Part shown: positions 37,771 to 48,867 of the stretch, one piece after another | Numbering within the stretch: the stretch's first letter is position 1 | Layout: every line of letters starts with the position of its first letter | NCBI GenBank assembly: GCA_947167635.1 | Contig: CAMVIT010000006.1 | Span: forward strand, 4,172-68,171 | Origin: an uncultured Bacteroidales bacterium | Lineage (GTDB): Bacteria > Bacteroidota > Bacteroidia > Bacteroidales > WCHB1-69 | Direction: 5' to 3' | DNA: 64,000 nucleotides | Made by a program: the position numbers and the translations under genes | The notes under the pieces: model-generated | Seen by the model: the letters and a program-made list of their open reading frames with translations, nothing else | The model's database searches: none | Told to the model about the DNA's origin: nothing

Positions 37771-39225
37771 TCAGGATTTTCGGGTGATGGTCTCACGCAG
37801 GGCGCGGATGTCGATGAGGCGCGTGACAAGGCCGTAGAGCAGAGTCGCGGCTACAAGGAGCACCAAGGTGTATTTGAGCTGCAGGTGCAGGTGTCGGCTG
37901 GTGAGCAGGGTGGTGGGGATCATCAGGGCGGTGAAGAGCAGGCACGGTAGCCACGGCATACTGCGCAAGGGCACGCGCAACTCCTTGATGGCAATGAAAA
38001 ACTGTAGCAGGGAGACTACCGATTGGGTGCAGAGACTGGCCACGGCCGCGCCGCGCGCCTGAAAGCGAGGTATCAGGAAAATGTTGATCAAGATGTTGAC
38101 CACGATGCCCGCCATGGCTGTGATGTTCAGCTTCCTAAGACTGCCGTTGGCGGTCAGCAAAGTGCCGAACACGTATGTGAAGGCGATGGGAATGATGCAC
38201 GGAATCAGGATGGCGAAGACGCTCGCCGAGGCCTCCACGTGGTCGTTGTACAGCCAGGAGAGGATGGGCTCCCGATAGCAGAGCAGCACCACGGTCGCGC
38301 CGATGGCGAAGACATACAGGAACGAGAACGATGTGCGCACGATGGGCTGGACGTTCTCGTTCTCCTTGATCATCTTGGAAAAGAGCGGCAGCAGGATGAC
38401 GGAGAAGAGGTAGGCAATCATCACCAACGCATCCAGCAGACGGAATGCGGAGGCGTAGATGCCTGCCTGCGTGGTGGCGATGTCAACCGGCAGCAGTCGC
38501 TCAATCATCACCGAGTCGATGCGGTTGTAGAAGGACATCAGCAATGCCAGCAAGGCAAAGGGCAGACTTTTCTTCAGAATGAGCAGCGAGAGAGTCTTGT
38601 TCCATGTCAACTTGCGTAACTTCGATTTGTTCAGCACAATGACCAATGCCACTGCAATGGCTAACAGGTAGGCGGCGGTCTGGCAATAGACGAACCACTC
38701 GATTTGGAAGGGCTTGTCGGTGATGTGGCCCCAAAGCAGCAACCCGCAGAAGAGTATGGCTAACAGCCGGTCGAGTACCGAAAGACAGCTGTCGGTCTTG
38801 AACATCAGCAGCGCCGACACGTTGGAACGGAGATAGAGCATCGTGGCATTCAGAAACTGGTTGAAGCCAATCCAGAACAGGAGTTTCAGCTGCATTCCAC
38901 GGTATCCGATAATCAGCGCCACTGTGTAAATCACTGCGAAATAGACTATGCAGAGGATGAATCTCAAGACGATGATGGAGGACAAGTATTTGTCTATTAG
39001 CTTGTTGTTGCGTGCAATCGTGCGATTGTTGAAATTGCAGATGCCCATGTCCAACAGCATATAGAACATGTAGGAGAAATTGAAAATGGCAAAGTAAAAG
39101 CCATATTCAGCCGCTCCCACCTGGTTCTGCACCCCGACTTCCACGCCTAATAGCCAGAAGGGCTTAACTAACAGGTTGAGAAACAGAAGCAGACAGATGT
39201 TGAAGATGAAGTCTTTCTGTTTCAT
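37771..39225 (-). CDS. polysaccharide/oligosaccharide flippase-family membrane protein (Wzx/MOP-like)
   Basis: 484 aa with about 12-14 hydrophobic segments. Confidence 0.7.
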   Translation of the reverse strand: MKQKDFIFNICLLLFLNLLVKPFWLLGVEVGVQNQVGAAEYGFYFAIFNFSYMFYMLLDMGICNFNNRTIARNNKLIDKYLSSIIVLRFILCIVYFAVIYTVALIIGYRGMQLKLLFWIGFNQFLNATMLYLRSNVSALLMFKTDSCLSVLDRLLAILFCGLLLWGHITDKPFQIEWFVYCQTAAYLLAIAVALVIVLNKSKLRKLTWNKTLSLLILKKSLPFALLALLMSFYNRIDSVMIERLLPVDIATTQAGIYASAFRLLDALVMIAYLFSVILLPLFSKMIKENENVQPIVRTSFSFLYVFAIGATVVLLCYREPILSWLYNDHVEASASVFAILIPCIIPIAFTYVFGTLLTANGSLRKLNITAMAGIVVNILINIFLIPRFQARGAAVASLCTQSVVSLLQFFIAIKELRVPLRSMPWLPCLLFTALMIPTTLLTSRHLHLQLKYTLVLLVAATLLYGLVTRLIDIRALRETITRKS

Positions 39226-39249
39226 TCGATGGTGTTGTCCGAATCGGTG

Positions 39250-42087
39250 CTAAAAAACGATGTTGATGATGCGTTTGGGCACCACAATGATTTTCTTGGG
39301 CTGCTTGCCGTCGAGCCATTTCTGGACATCCGTGTTGGCTAACAATATCGGTTCGATCTCCTTTTGAGTATAAGTGACCGGGAATGAGAGTTTGACGCGC
39401 ATTTTTCCGTTGAAGGAGACGGGATAAGTGAAGTCGGTCTCCGTCAGATAGGACTCGTCAAAGGCGGGGTATGCTGCATCCACGATGGAGTCGGCATGGC
39501 CTAACAGCGACCACAGCTCCTCGGTGATGTGCGGTGCGTAGGAGGACAGCAGCACGCAGAGCGGCTCTAAGATCTTGCGCTTGCAGCATTTGGCATCGCC
39601 CAGCTCGTTGGTGCAGATCATAAAGGCACTGACGGCGGTATTGAAGGAGAACTTCTCGTTGTCCTCTTCAATCTTTTTGATGGTCTTGTGCAGAATCTTG
39701 TACTCCTCGCGGGTGGGCTCTTCATCGGAAACGCACCAGTTGAAATCCTTGTCGTGGAACAGGCGCCAGAACTTCTTGATGAAGCGGAACACGCCCTCGA
39801 TGCCGTTGGTGTCCCACGGCTTGGCCATCTCGATGGGGCCGAGGAACATCTCGTACATGCGCAGCGTGTCGGCACCGTATTTCTCTACCAGATCATCGGG
39901 ATTTTGCACATTGTATTTGGATTTGGACATCTTCTCCACCTCCCAGCCGCAGATGTATTGGCCCTCTTCAAGGATGAATTCGGCATCGGCGAAGTCGGGC
40001 ATCCACTTCTTGAAGGCCTCGGTGTCGAGCACGTCGTTTCGCACGATGTTGACATCGACGCGGATGGGCGTGACCTCATAGCCGTCTTTCAGCCCGAAGG
40101 AGACATACTTGTTGGTGCCGACGATGCGATAGACGAAGTTAGTGCGTCCCTGGATCATGCCTTGGTTGATGAGTTTCTTGAAGGGCTCCTCTTCGCAACT
40201 GAGACCGATGTCGTGCAGGAATTTGTTCCAGAAACGGGAATAGATCAGGTGCCCGGTGGCGTGTTCGGCGCCGCCGACGTACAGATCAACGTCCCGCCAA
40301 TACTCGTTGGCCTCCTTGGAAAAATAGCGCTCGTCGTTGTGCGGGTCCATATAGCGGAGATAATATCCGGACGAGCCGGCAAAGCCGGGCATCGTGTTGT
40401 ACTCCATGGGATAACCGTTGTAGGTCCAATTCTTGGCGCGGGCCAAGGGCGGCTCGCCAGTCTCTGTGGGCTTGAACTCGTCAATTTCTGGCAATTTCAC
40501 GGGAAGCTCCTCGATGGGGATGGGATAGGGCATGCCGTCCTTGTAGTAGATGGGGAAGGGTTCGCCCCAGTAACGCTGGCGGCTGAAGATGGCGTCGCGC
40601 AGGCGGTAGTTCACCGTGCCGTAGCCGATGCCCATCGTCTTGATTTTCCCGATCATCGCCTTGCCGCCATCCTTGACGGTCATACCGGAGATGAAGCCGG
40701 AGTTCACGCAATAGCCGTTTTTGCTGTCCATGGACTCCTCCCAGGTGTCGGGGTCGCTCAGATCGTCGGGGAAGGGGGCCACCACCTGACGGATGGGCAG
40801 GTTGAAATGACGGGCGAACGCGAAGTCGCGGCTGTCGTGGGCGGGCACGGCCATGATGGCGCCGGTGCCGTAGTCGGACAATACATAGTCGCTGACCCAA
40901 ATGGGAATGCGTTCTTCCGTGATGGGGTTGATGGCGTAGGCGCCGGTGAAGACGCCGCTCACCTTCTTGACCTCGGCCTGGCGCTCGCGCTCCGAACGGT
41001 TTTTGGCCCAGGTGACGTATGCCTCCACCTCCGCCTTCTGCTCCGGCGTGGTGATGGCGGGAATCATCTCGTGCTCGGGGCACAAGACCATAAAGGTGAC
41101 GCCGAAGATGGTGTCAGCACGGGTGGTGAAGATCTCGAAGGAGAGTTCGTTCTGCACACCGTCAACATTGCCGCCCATATAGAGCTTTTTCCAGTCAAGC
41201 TGGCCTTCCATAGCCAAGGGGAACCATACGGCTGCGCCCTCGCTGCGCCCGATCCAGTTGCGCTGGATGTCTTTCAGCGAGTCGGTCCAGTCCACCTTCT
41301 CCAGCCCGGAGAGCAGACGTTCGGCGTAGGCGGAGACACGCAGGATCCACTGACGCATCAGCTTGCGCTCCACAGGGAAACCGCCGCGCACGGAGAGACC
41401 ATTGACGACCTCGTCGTTGGCCAAAACGGTGCCCAGTCCGGCGCACCAGTTGACCCATGTGTCGGCAAGGTAGGCCAAGCGGTAGTTCATCAGAACTTCC
41501 TGTTGCTCCTTCTCATTCATGGACTTCCACTCTTCGGCAGTGAAAGTCATCGGATTGGTTTGTGCCACATCCAGGCCGTCTGTGCCCGAAGCGTTGAACG
41601 CTGCTACGAGTTCGTCGATGGGACGGGCCTGGTTGGCTTGGTTGCAATAGTAGGAATTGAAGAGCTGGATGAAGGTCCATTGGGTCCATTTGTAGTAGTC
41701 GGGGTCGCAGGTGCGGAACTCGCGGCTCCAATCGTAGCAGAAGCCGAGTTTGTCAAGTTGCTCGCGATAGCGGTTGACATTCTTCTCCGTCGTCACGGCG
41801 GGATGCTGGCCGGTTTGGATGGCGTATTGCTCGGCGGGCAGCCCGAATGCGTCATAGCCCATGGGATGCAGTACATTGAATCCCTTCTGACGTTTATAAC
41901 GGGAGAAGATATCGGAGGCAATGTATCCTAATGGATGTCCTACATGCAATCCGGCACCGGAAGGGTAGGGGAACATGTCCAGGACATAGTATTTGGGCTT
42001 GTTGAGATTGATCTCGGTTTTATAAATCTGTTTTTCTTTCCAGTTCTTCTGCCATTTGGCTTCGATTTCTCTAAAATTGTATTCCAT
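39250..42087 (-). CDS. leuS: leucine--tRNA ligase
   Basis: 945 aa. HIGH-type motif HVGHPLGY and KMSKS motif ([10 protein letters not shown]). Confidence 0.95.
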   Translation of the reverse strand: MEYNFREIEAKWQKNWKEKQIYKTEINLNKPKYYVLDMFPYPSGAGLHVGHPLGYIASDIFSRYKRQKGFNVLHPMGYDAFGLPAEQYAIQTGQHPAVTTEKNVNRYREQLDKLGFCYDWSREFRTCDPDYYKWTQWTFIQLFNSYYCNQANQARPIDELVAAFNASGTDGLDVAQTNPMTFTAEEWKSMNEKEQQEVLMNYRLAYLADTWVNWCAGLGTVLANDEVVNGLSVRGGFPVERKLMRQWILRVSAYAERLLSGLEKVDWTDSLKDIQRNWIGRSEGAAVWFPLAMEGQLDWKKLYMGGNVDGVQNELSFEIFTTRADTIFGVTFMVLCPEHEMIPAITTPEQKAEVEAYVTWAKNRSERERQAEVKKVSGVFTGAYAINPITEERIPIWVSDYVLSDYGTGAIMAVPAHDSRDFAFARHFNLPIRQVVAPFPDDLSDPDTWEESMDSKNGYCVNSGFISGMTVKDGGKAMIGKIKTMGIGYGTVNYRLRDAIFSRQRYWGEPFPIYYKDGMPYPIPIEELPVKLPEIDEFKPTETGEPPLARAKNWTYNGYPMEYNTMPGFAGSSGYYLRYMDPHNDERYFSKEANEYWRDVDLYVGGAEHATGHLIYSRFWNKFLHDIGLSCEEEPFKKLINQGMIQGRTNFVYRIVGTNKYVSFGLKDGYEVTPIRVDVNIVRNDVLDTEAFKKWMPDFADAEFILEEGQYICGWEVEKMSKSKYNVQNPDDLVEKYGADTLRMYEMFLGPIEMAKPWDTNGIEGVFRFIKKFWRLFHDKDFNWCVSDEEPTREEYKILHKTIKKIEEDNEKFSFNTAVSAFMICTNELGDAKCCKRKILEPLCVLLSSYAPHITEELWSLLGHADSIVDAAYPAFDESYLTETDFTYPVSFNGKMRVKLSFPVTYTQKEIEPILLANTDVQKWLDGKQPKKIIVVPKRIINIVF

Positions 42088-42129
42088 GTATAGTTTGAAG
42101 ATGTATTAATAGTCAAAAATGAGAACGGT

Positions 42130-45100
42130 CTATCGGTTCACTACGACTTTCCGAGTGTCCACGGTCTTGCTGTCTTGGTTCAGGAAACGGACGAAGTATT
42201 GTCCGGCAGCAAGTGTGGAGCAGTCAAGTTGGATATGGCTGTCGGTGACTGTGAGTGTCTGCAACGTGCGGCCAAGGGCGTCCACAAGATGGATTTGCGT
42301 GATGTCAAGAACGGTTTCGCTGAGGTCGATGTTCAGCACGTCATGTGTGGGCACGGGGTAGATCCGGATTTGGGTCTCGTTGGTGTATTCCTCCACGCCG
42401 ACATTGCAGAGAATGGCGAGAGAGCGTTCGGCAGAGCCGCAACTGTTGATGGCTTTGGCTGTCAACAAGCCACTGCCGTTCACATTGACGGTGAGCAGTA
42501 TGCTACTCTGGTCGCCGCCGATGATGGTCCAGTTGGTGTTTGAAACACGCCATTCGTAGTTGGTGGCATAAAGAGTGCTGTCAACGTCATAAATGAAGTT
42601 GCCGTAATTGGTGAGGTGCTCATTGCCGCTGATGGTGGCGGGCAGCACAGGTATCGGATTGACGGTCAGGTTCAAAATGATGGTGCTGTCGCAACCTTGG
42701 TGGCTTTGCAGGTTGTTCGTGAACGTGAATGTTCCGGCCACGGTTTGGGCAGGCAACTGGAAGCCGTGCAGGGAATAGGTGGACCCTTGGCAAATGTTGT
42801 CCGTGAAGGTTTGGGTGAAGGTCGGAAGGACGGTGATACGGATACTGTCGGAGGTGACGCATCCGTTCTCATGCGTGGCCGTCACGATGTATGTGGTGGA
42901 GGCTGTCGGGGTGACCGTGATGTTTTGGGTGGTCTCGCCGGTGTTCCAAAGATAGCTCTGCGCATTGCTGTATGAAAGGATGTTGGAGGAACCTCCTTGA
43001 CAGACTGACGACACGCTGTTCAGGAAAACAAACGGGGCTTCCAAAGAGGTGACCTGCATTGAGGCCGTGGAGATGCACCCGTAGGGGTTGGTGGCGGTGA
43101 CGGTGTAATTGCCGCCCATGGAGATGGTGATGACACTGTCGATGGAACCGTTGCTCCAGAGATAGGATGTGCCTCCGCGTGCCACTAATTGCGTGGTGCT
43201 GTTGTTGCAGAGCGTGTTAGGCCCGGAGATCTGGGCTATGGGGCTGGGATTGATGTGCAGCTCGGCAGAGGTTGCGGCCGTGCAACCGTTGGCAGACATG
43301 GCGGTGACGGTGTAGTTGCCCGATACGGAGACCGTGATGTGGTCGGAGGTGCTTCCGGTGCTCCACAAGTAGTATTGTCCACCCGTGGCCGTGAAGACTA
43401 CAGAGTCACCCATGCAAATCGTGTTGTCGCCACTGATAAGCACGTTGGGTTGAGGCTCCACGTTGACCACCTTGCTCACGGAGGAGACGCAGCCGTTGGC
43501 ATCGGTGCCGGAGACCTCGTATGTGGTGGTGCTGGTGGGCAGAATGGAGATGCTGGGCGTGTTTTCACCGGTGCTCCAAACATAGGATGCAGCTCCCGTG
43601 GCTGTCAGTGTGTGCAGGGTGTTGGCACATACCAGATTGTCGCCATTGATGTAGATGTTCGGACTCTGCGCTTGGGTGATGGTGATACTGTCAGAGCGGC
43701 TGCAACCGAATGCGTTGAGTGCTCTCACGGAGTAGGTTCCGGGCAGGTTGACCGTGATGGTGTTGGTGGTCGCGCCTGTGGACCAGAGGTAGGAGGTGGC
43801 CCCCGATGCGGCGATTGTGGTGCTGGAACCTTCGCAGAAGGTGGTGTTTCCGATGAAGTTGATGGTAGGCAGACTGTTGACGGTGACGTAGGTGCTTGCG
43901 GTGGCGCTGCAGCCGTATTCGTTGGTGGCTGTCACCGTGTAGGTGTTGTTGTTGTTCGGGAACAAAGCCACATCAGCACCGACGGAACCATTGGACCATT
44001 GGTAAACAAGGCCTCCCGTTGCGGTCAGGATGATGCTGCTGCCACGGCACACTGTGGTGTTGCCAACGATGGACGGCGTGGGCAGCGGGCTGACAATAAG
44101 GCTGTCGCGTGCGGTGGTCTGGCAGCCATGGCTGTTGGTGGCTGTCACCGTGTAGATGCCCTGCGCCGACACGGTCAGCTGGTTGCCCGTGGCTCCGGTG
44201 GACCAATGGTAGGTGAGCTCGTTGTTGGGAAGCTGGTAGGTGTAGCTCTGTCCGGCACAGATGGAGTGCTGCATGCCGAAATGCAACACGGGCAGAGGGT
44301 TGACCGTCACCAATACAGAATCCACGGCAGAACATCCCAGCGTGTTGCTGGCCGTCACCTTGTAGATGCCGGGCTGGGTGACGGTGATGGACGGGGTAGT
44401 GGCGTTGTTGGACCACAAGTAGCTGTATCCTGGAGAAGCCGTCAGCTGTGTGGAACCTCCCTGGCAGAAACTGAGTTCGCCGGAAATCGATACGGTAACG
44501 GTGGAACTGATGGAGACCACAGCGGAGGAGAAGTTCTGGCATCCATGTTCGTCCGTCACGGTCACGCTATAAGCTGTGCTGATGGCGGGCGCTACAGTGA
44601 TGGTGTGCGTGGTGTCTCCGGTGGACCAGGCATAGTGGCTGGAATTGTTGACATACAGGGTCGTGGCGGCATTTGCGCAAATGGTGCCCGCACCCAGAAT
44701 GGCGGCATTGGGCAGGGAATACATGGTCACGGTAGTGGAGGCTGTCTGTGTGCAGCCATGGCTGTTGGTTGCAGTGACCGTGTAGGTGCCGGGCGCGGAA
44801 ATCGTCGCCGGCGCATTGGATACGCCGGTGCTCCAGACGTAGTTGCTGCCGGCTTCGTTGTTGGCAGTCAGGATGGTGCTGCCACCATCACAGAAGGCGG
44901 TGCTGCCGGAAATGGAGATTTGTGGTCTGGGATGGACCGTGACGTGTACGGAACGGGTGCTCGTGCAACCGTTGGCATTGGTGGCGCTGACTTGATAGGT
45001 GCCCGTGCTGTTCACAGAAATTTGGTTTTGGGTGCTTCCGGTGGACCAAATGTAGCTGCAGCCGGCCGGGGCAATGGCGGTGAGCAATACGGACTCCCCT

Positions 45101-48100
45101 TGGCAAATGGCCGTGTCGGCCGTCAGGGTGATGCTCGGCAGCGGGTTGACGGCCAAGGAGGTGCTGGTCGATGCGGTACAGCCGTAACTGTTGAAAACCG
45201 TCACCGTGTAGAGACCGCTCTGGCTGACGTTGATGCTGCTGCTGGTGAGACCGTTGCTCCATTGGTAGGAGCTTCCACCCAACGCGGTGAGCACCGCGGT
45301 GCCGCCTTGGCAAATTTCACTCGGCCCGTTCAGATAAGGCGTGGGATTTCCTTGGACGTTAATGGTGGTGCTGGCCGTGTTGGTACATCCGTTCTCGTCA
45401 GTGACCAATACGGTATAAACGCTCGTGTTGGTGGGCGTGACAGTGATAAGCTGCCCCTGTTGTCCCGACATCGGCCAGGTGTATTGTATGCCTGTGGAAG
45501 AAAGAGCGAAAAGGGAGACGCTCTCGCCATTGCAAATGTTGTTGTTGGCATTGATGGTGACCTCCGGCAGCGGATTCACGATGACAGTTTCCGACGTGGT
45601 GGCCGAGCATCCTTGGGCATTGGTGACAGTGACAAAATAGGTGCCCGTCTGGGTGGCGGAGAGGAATGCGTTGGTGGTACCGTCGCTCCAAATATAGCTG
45701 TTGCCACCGTTGGCGCGCAAAATGGCTGTCCTGCCTTGGCATACCGTGGTCGTGCCCGTGATAGAGGGTGTTGGAGAGGGCATCTCGCTCACATTGGCGG
45801 AGATGGCGTTGGTGCAGCCTAAGGAGTTGGTGACACTGACCGAGTAGGTGCCGGGCGTGTAAATGTCCAACGAACTGGCCGTGCTGCCGTCATTCCAATG
45901 ATAAGTGTAAGTCTCGTTGCCAGTGACACTCAGGGTGGTGTGACCGCCTTGGCAGAAGTTACGGGCACCCACGATCTGCGCGCTGACTTGCCAAAGTGTG
46001 ATTTGCTTGCTGGCAGAAGAGATGCAACCGTTGGCATCGGTGCCGGTGACAGAATAGGTGTTGGCGTAGGTCGTGGTAATGGACGGGGTCGTTTCCCCCG
46101 TGCTCCAAGAGTAGTTGACAGCTCCGGAAGCGGTCAGCGTGGTGGACTCGCCCTGACAGAACGGCGTGCGACCGTTGATGGCGACATTGGGCAAGGCGTT
46201 CACGATGAGCGTCTTGGTGGCTGTGTTGCGACAATTGTGGGCATCGGTCACCGTGACAGTGTAGGAGTTCTCCGTGTTGACTGTGATGCGGTCGTTGGTG
46301 GAGTTGGTGGACCATGCATAGCTGGTACCGCCCGTAGCAATCCAAGTGCAGCTGTTGCCTTGGCAAACCGCGTCTGGACCTGTGATGGTGGCAACGGGCA
46401 ACTCATGGACAACAACGGTCACATTGCCCTCGCGCTGACATTCATGGACGGTGTATGCAGTGACATGGTATGTGGTGGTCGCAGTGGGATATACCGTGAT
46501 GGAAGCCTCCGTGCTGGCGTTGTCCCATAGATAATGATCGGCACCGGAAACCGTGATGGTCGCGCTGGCGCCTTTGCAGATGGCCTGCGTGTTAGACAGG
46601 TGCATCGTGGGCAGCGGGGCTGACAAGACGGTAAAGGATGCGGTGCCTCGACAATTGTGCTGGTCGGTGACCGTGACACGGTAGGTGTTGGCCGCATTGA
46701 TGGTGATGACTTGGCTGTTGGCACCGTTGTTCCACGAATAGGCAGCGTATGGGCCGCTTGCTGTCAATTGCGCGCTGCTGCCTACACATAAGTGCTGCGA
46801 ACCCGTGATGGCCGGTATGGGATTGGAATGGACGGTGAGACGGTAGTAAAAAATCGAGTCGCATCCCGTGACACGGGAGGTGGTGGAAAATGAGTACGAG
46901 CCGGCACCATTCACTGTGACGCCAAAAGCAGTGGTGTACGGCAACTGCGAAGCGCAAATCTCCTCCCGAATCGTGTCGGTGTTGTAGATGATGGGCCAGA
47001 TGGTCAGATGGATGGGCACGATGCTGTCGCACCCGTTCACGGTCGTCAGACGAATCTCGTGCGTTCCGGGCGTCGTGAAAGACTGCCCTGCATAATCAAA
47101 CGGCAAGTTGTACTCGCATGTGGTGAAATAGAGTGTGTCGTCTTGGTAAACAGGGTAGTGACGCAGGTTTACGGTAATCAAGCTGTCGCAACCTGCCGTG
47201 CTTTGCAGCAGAATGTCGTAAATGCCGGGCTCTGTGAGGATGGAGTCCCCGACAGCGAAGGTCTCGCTTTCGCAAATGGCAATATCGAGACTGTCATGAT
47301 ACACGGGCAGCGTGGTCACGACGAGGTGACGCAGCGTGTCGCACCCGAAAGTGACGGTGTCCGGCAGCACAAGGTCGTACTCGCCGACCTCTGAAATCAA
47401 GGTGTCTCTGTATTGGAATGGAATCATGTTTTCGCACACGGCCATCGCGATAGTGTCCTGCGGCACGTCGCGTACAATGACATACAATGCGTTGCAGGTA
47501 CTGTCACACCCGAATGTGGTCTGGTGTGGCTCGTAATAGGTCCCGGCATGGTTGATAACGGTGTCCCTGTATGTGTACGGCAAATCGTATTGGCACAAGA
47601 CCAGCGTGTCAACCAGCGTGTCGGTGTATGCCTCCCAAACGTTCAACACGAGGGTGATGTTGCTGTCACAGTGCTGAATGGTCGTTCCGAAGAAGGTGTA
47701 TGTGACTGAGCTGGTGAAAGCTGTGTCGGCAAACACGTATGGCGTATCCGTTGCGCAGATGTCCGCTGTGATGGTGTCGTTGTACGAAGGCGTGGCTTGC
47801 ACAATGAGCATGGCCATGCCTGTGCATGGAATGGAGTCGCCACTCTCCAAATAGTAGATGCCCGGCTCCTCGAAAGTGCGTGCGGAATCAACGGCGATGG
47901 GAAAGTCGTTTTCACAAAAAGTGTAATACGTTGTGTCGTAAGTGGTCGGCAACACAGTGAGCTCCAGATGGATAATGATGCTGTCGCATCCGAATGCGGA
48001 ATTCAGGGCGAAGTCGTAAACGCCCGGTTCGTAGAAACTGCTGTCGCCGACGACATAAGGCAAATAATGTGAGCAGACGGTCTCGATGAGCGTATCAACC

Positions 48101-48678
48101 TCTTCATATTCAGGATAAATATTGAGACTGAGGAAAAAGACGCTGTCGCACCCGTTTTCGGATGAATATGTGTACTCGTACCAACCGGATTCTGTCAGCG
48201 TGTCGCCCTGAAACAGATATGGGGATTCCGAGGCGCATAGAGTGGCAAATGTCGTGTCGAAATAGACCGGTAGCTGTTCAACCACGAAATAGTGGAAAAT
48301 ATCGCACCCGTTCGAGTCTTGGGCAACAGAGATCATTTGGCTTGTCGCCTCCGAAAATGTGAGGTCTTCGTATTCCAATGGAAATTTGTTTGCACAATCC
48401 TTCAGGTTGATTGTGTCAATCTGTGATTGGAAGACGGAAACCCACCGGAAGGAGCTGTCTCGGCCGTCGGTTGTCTGCAAGGTGATGGCGTATTCGCCAG
48501 GAGCCGTGATCTCTTCCCCGAGATACTCCATGGGGAATCCTGTGGCACATACGATCTGGTATGTGGTGTCAACAGTCAGGGAATCTGTGCCAGGTGATGC
48601 TTGCAATGTGTTGTGAAAGAGCAAGTTGAAAATCATTGCGAGAAATGTTGCCGTGGCAATGCGGTAAATGTTTTTCAT
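42130..48678 (-). CDS. giant (2182 aa) cell-surface repeat protein with a T9SS type A C-terminal sorting domain
   Basis: Signal peptide. About 9 N-terminal ~75-aa modules end in GCDS. 19 Ig-like modules are marked by Y-x-W-[SN]-x-G. The C-terminus IRIYPVPTHDVLNIDL...GQYFVRFLN...VVVNR matches a Por secretion tail. Confidence 0.85.
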   Translation of the reverse strand: MKNIYRIATATFLAMIFNLLFHNTLQASPGTDSLTVDTTYQIVCATGFPMEYLGEEITAPGEYAITLQTTDGRDSSFRWVSVFQSQIDTINLKDCANKFPLEYEDLTFSEATSQMISVAQDSNGCDIFHYFVVEQLPVYFDTTFATLCASESPYLFQGDTLTESGWYEYTYSSENGCDSVFFLSLNIYPEYEEVDTLIETVCSHYLPYVVGDSSFYEPGVYDFALNSAFGCDSIIIHLELTVLPTTYDTTYYTFCENDFPIAVDSARTFEEPGIYYLESGDSIPCTGMAMLIVQATPSYNDTITADICATDTPYVFADTAFTSSVTYTFFGTTIQHCDSNITLVLNVWEAYTDTLVDTLVLCQYDLPYTYRDTVINHAGTYYEPHQTTFGCDSTCNALYVIVRDVPQDTIAMAVCENMIPFQYRDTLISEVGEYDLVLPDTVTFGCDTLRHLVVTTLPVYHDSLDIAICESETFAVGDSILTEPGIYDILLQSTAGCDSLITVNLRHYPVYQDDTLYFTTCEYNLPFDYAGQSFTTPGTHEIRLTTVNGCDSIVPIHLTIWPIIYNTDTIREEICASQLPYTTAFGVTVNGAGSYSFSTTSRVTGCDSIFYYRLTVHSNPIPAITGSQHLCVGSSAQLTASGPYAAYSWNNGANSQVITINAANTYRVTVTDQHNCRGTASFTVLSAPLPTMHLSNTQAICKGASATITVSGADHYLWDNASTEASITVYPTATTTYHVTAYTVHECQREGNVTVVVHELPVATITGPDAVCQGNSCTWIATGGTSYAWSTNSTNDRITVNTENSYTVTVTDAHNCRNTATKTLIVNALPNVAINGRTPFCQGESTTLTASGAVNYSWSTGETTPSITTTYANTYSVTGTDANGCISSASKQITLWQVSAQIVGARNFCQGGHTTLSVTGNETYTYHWNDGSTASSLDIYTPGTYSVSVTNSLGCTNAISANVSEMPSPTPSITGTTTVCQGRTAILRANGGNSYIWSDGTTNAFLSATQTGTYFVTVTNAQGCSATTSETVIVNPLPEVTINANNNICNGESVSLFALSSTGIQYTWPMSGQQGQLITVTPTNTSVYTVLVTDENGCTNTASTTINVQGNPTPYLNGPSEICQGGTAVLTALGGSSYQWSNGLTSSSINVSQSGLYTVTVFNSYGCTASTSTSLAVNPLPSITLTADTAICQGESVLLTAIAPAGCSYIWSTGSTQNQISVNSTGTYQVSATNANGCTSTRSVHVTVHPRPQISISGSTAFCDGGSTILTANNEAGSNYVWSTGVSNAPATISAPGTYTVTATNSHGCTQTASTTVTMYSLPNAAILGAGTICANAATTLYVNNSSHYAWSTGDTTHTITVAPAISTAYSVTVTDEHGCQNFSSAVVSISSTVTVSISGELSFCQGGSTQLTASPGYSYLWSNNATTPSITVTQPGIYKVTASNTLGCSAVDSVLVTVNPLPVLHFGMQHSICAGQSYTYQLPNNELTYHWSTGATGNQLTVSAQGIYTVTATNSHGCQTTARDSLIVSPLPTPSIVGNTTVCRGSSIILTATGGLVYQWSNGSVGADVALFPNNNNTYTVTATNEYGCSATASTYVTVNSLPTINFIGNTTFCEGSSTTIAASGATSYLWSTGATTNTITVNLPGTYSVRALNAFGCSRSDSITITQAQSPNIYINGDNLVCANTLHTLTATGAASYVWSTGENTPSISILPTSTTTYEVSGTDANGCVSSVSKVVNVEPQPNVLISGDNTICMGDSVVFTATGGQYYLWSTGSTSDHITVSVSGNYTVTAMSANGCTAATSAELHINPSPIAQISGPNTLCNNSTTQLVARGGTSYLWSNGSIDSVITISMGGNYTVTATNPYGCISTASMQVTSLEAPFVFLNSVSSVCQGGSSNILSYSNAQSYLWNTGETTQNITVTPTASTTYIVTATHENGCVTSDSIRITVLPTFTQTFTDNICQGSTYSLHGFQLPAQTVAGTFTFTNNLQSHQGCDSTIILNLTVNPIPVLPATISGNEHLTNYGNFIYDVDSTLYATNYEWRVSNTNWTIIGGDQSSILLTVNVNGSGLLTAKAINSCGSAERSLAILCNVGVEEYTNETQIRIYPVPTHDVLNIDLSETVLDITQIHLVDALGRTLQTLTVTDSHIQLDCSTLAAGQYFVRFLNQDSKTVDTRKVVVNR
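43040..46840 (-). repeat. 19 tandem coding repeats of about 225 nt (Ig-like modules) inside the giant gene
   Basis: The recurring pattern C.G....L.A.G...Y.WS.G.T...I.V...G.Y.VT.T...GC was counted 19 times in the translation. Confidence 0.8.
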
Positions 48679-48842
48679 GATATGAAATTTGTTTTTATAC
48701 TCAATAATAATTATTATTCTCTATAATGAAAAAAGGGTGCAAATGTACATAAATTACGAATACAAACGGCAAAATGAATTCACAGGAATGTTGCGTGCGA
48801 AGTCTCTGTTTTTTTTGCCGACAAAAGAAGCGATATTTTGTG

Positions 48843-48850
48843 TAATTTTG
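48843..48850 (+). promoter_or_regulatory. -7 box (TAATTTTG)
   Basis: TAATTTTGCGCCC lies 18 nt upstream of the ATG at 48868 and downstream of the ORF-track start at 48838. Confidence 0.45.
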
Positions 48851-48867
48851 CGCCCTCTTTTAGTCCG

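Noticed and set aside
43189-45822. 877-aa ORF on the plus strand, antisense to the giant T9SS gene. Similar long antisense ORFs: 39688-41931 (747 aa, antisense to leuS), 3560-5143, 1387-2397, 27883-29148, 35282-36256, 17189-18139, 15667-16551, 7795-8787.
   Set aside because: All lie opposite genes with strong family motifs. They translate to low-complexity Gly/Val/Ala/Arg/Asp-rich strings with no signal, motif or promoter. Stop-poor antisense frames are expected in GC3-rich coding DNA.
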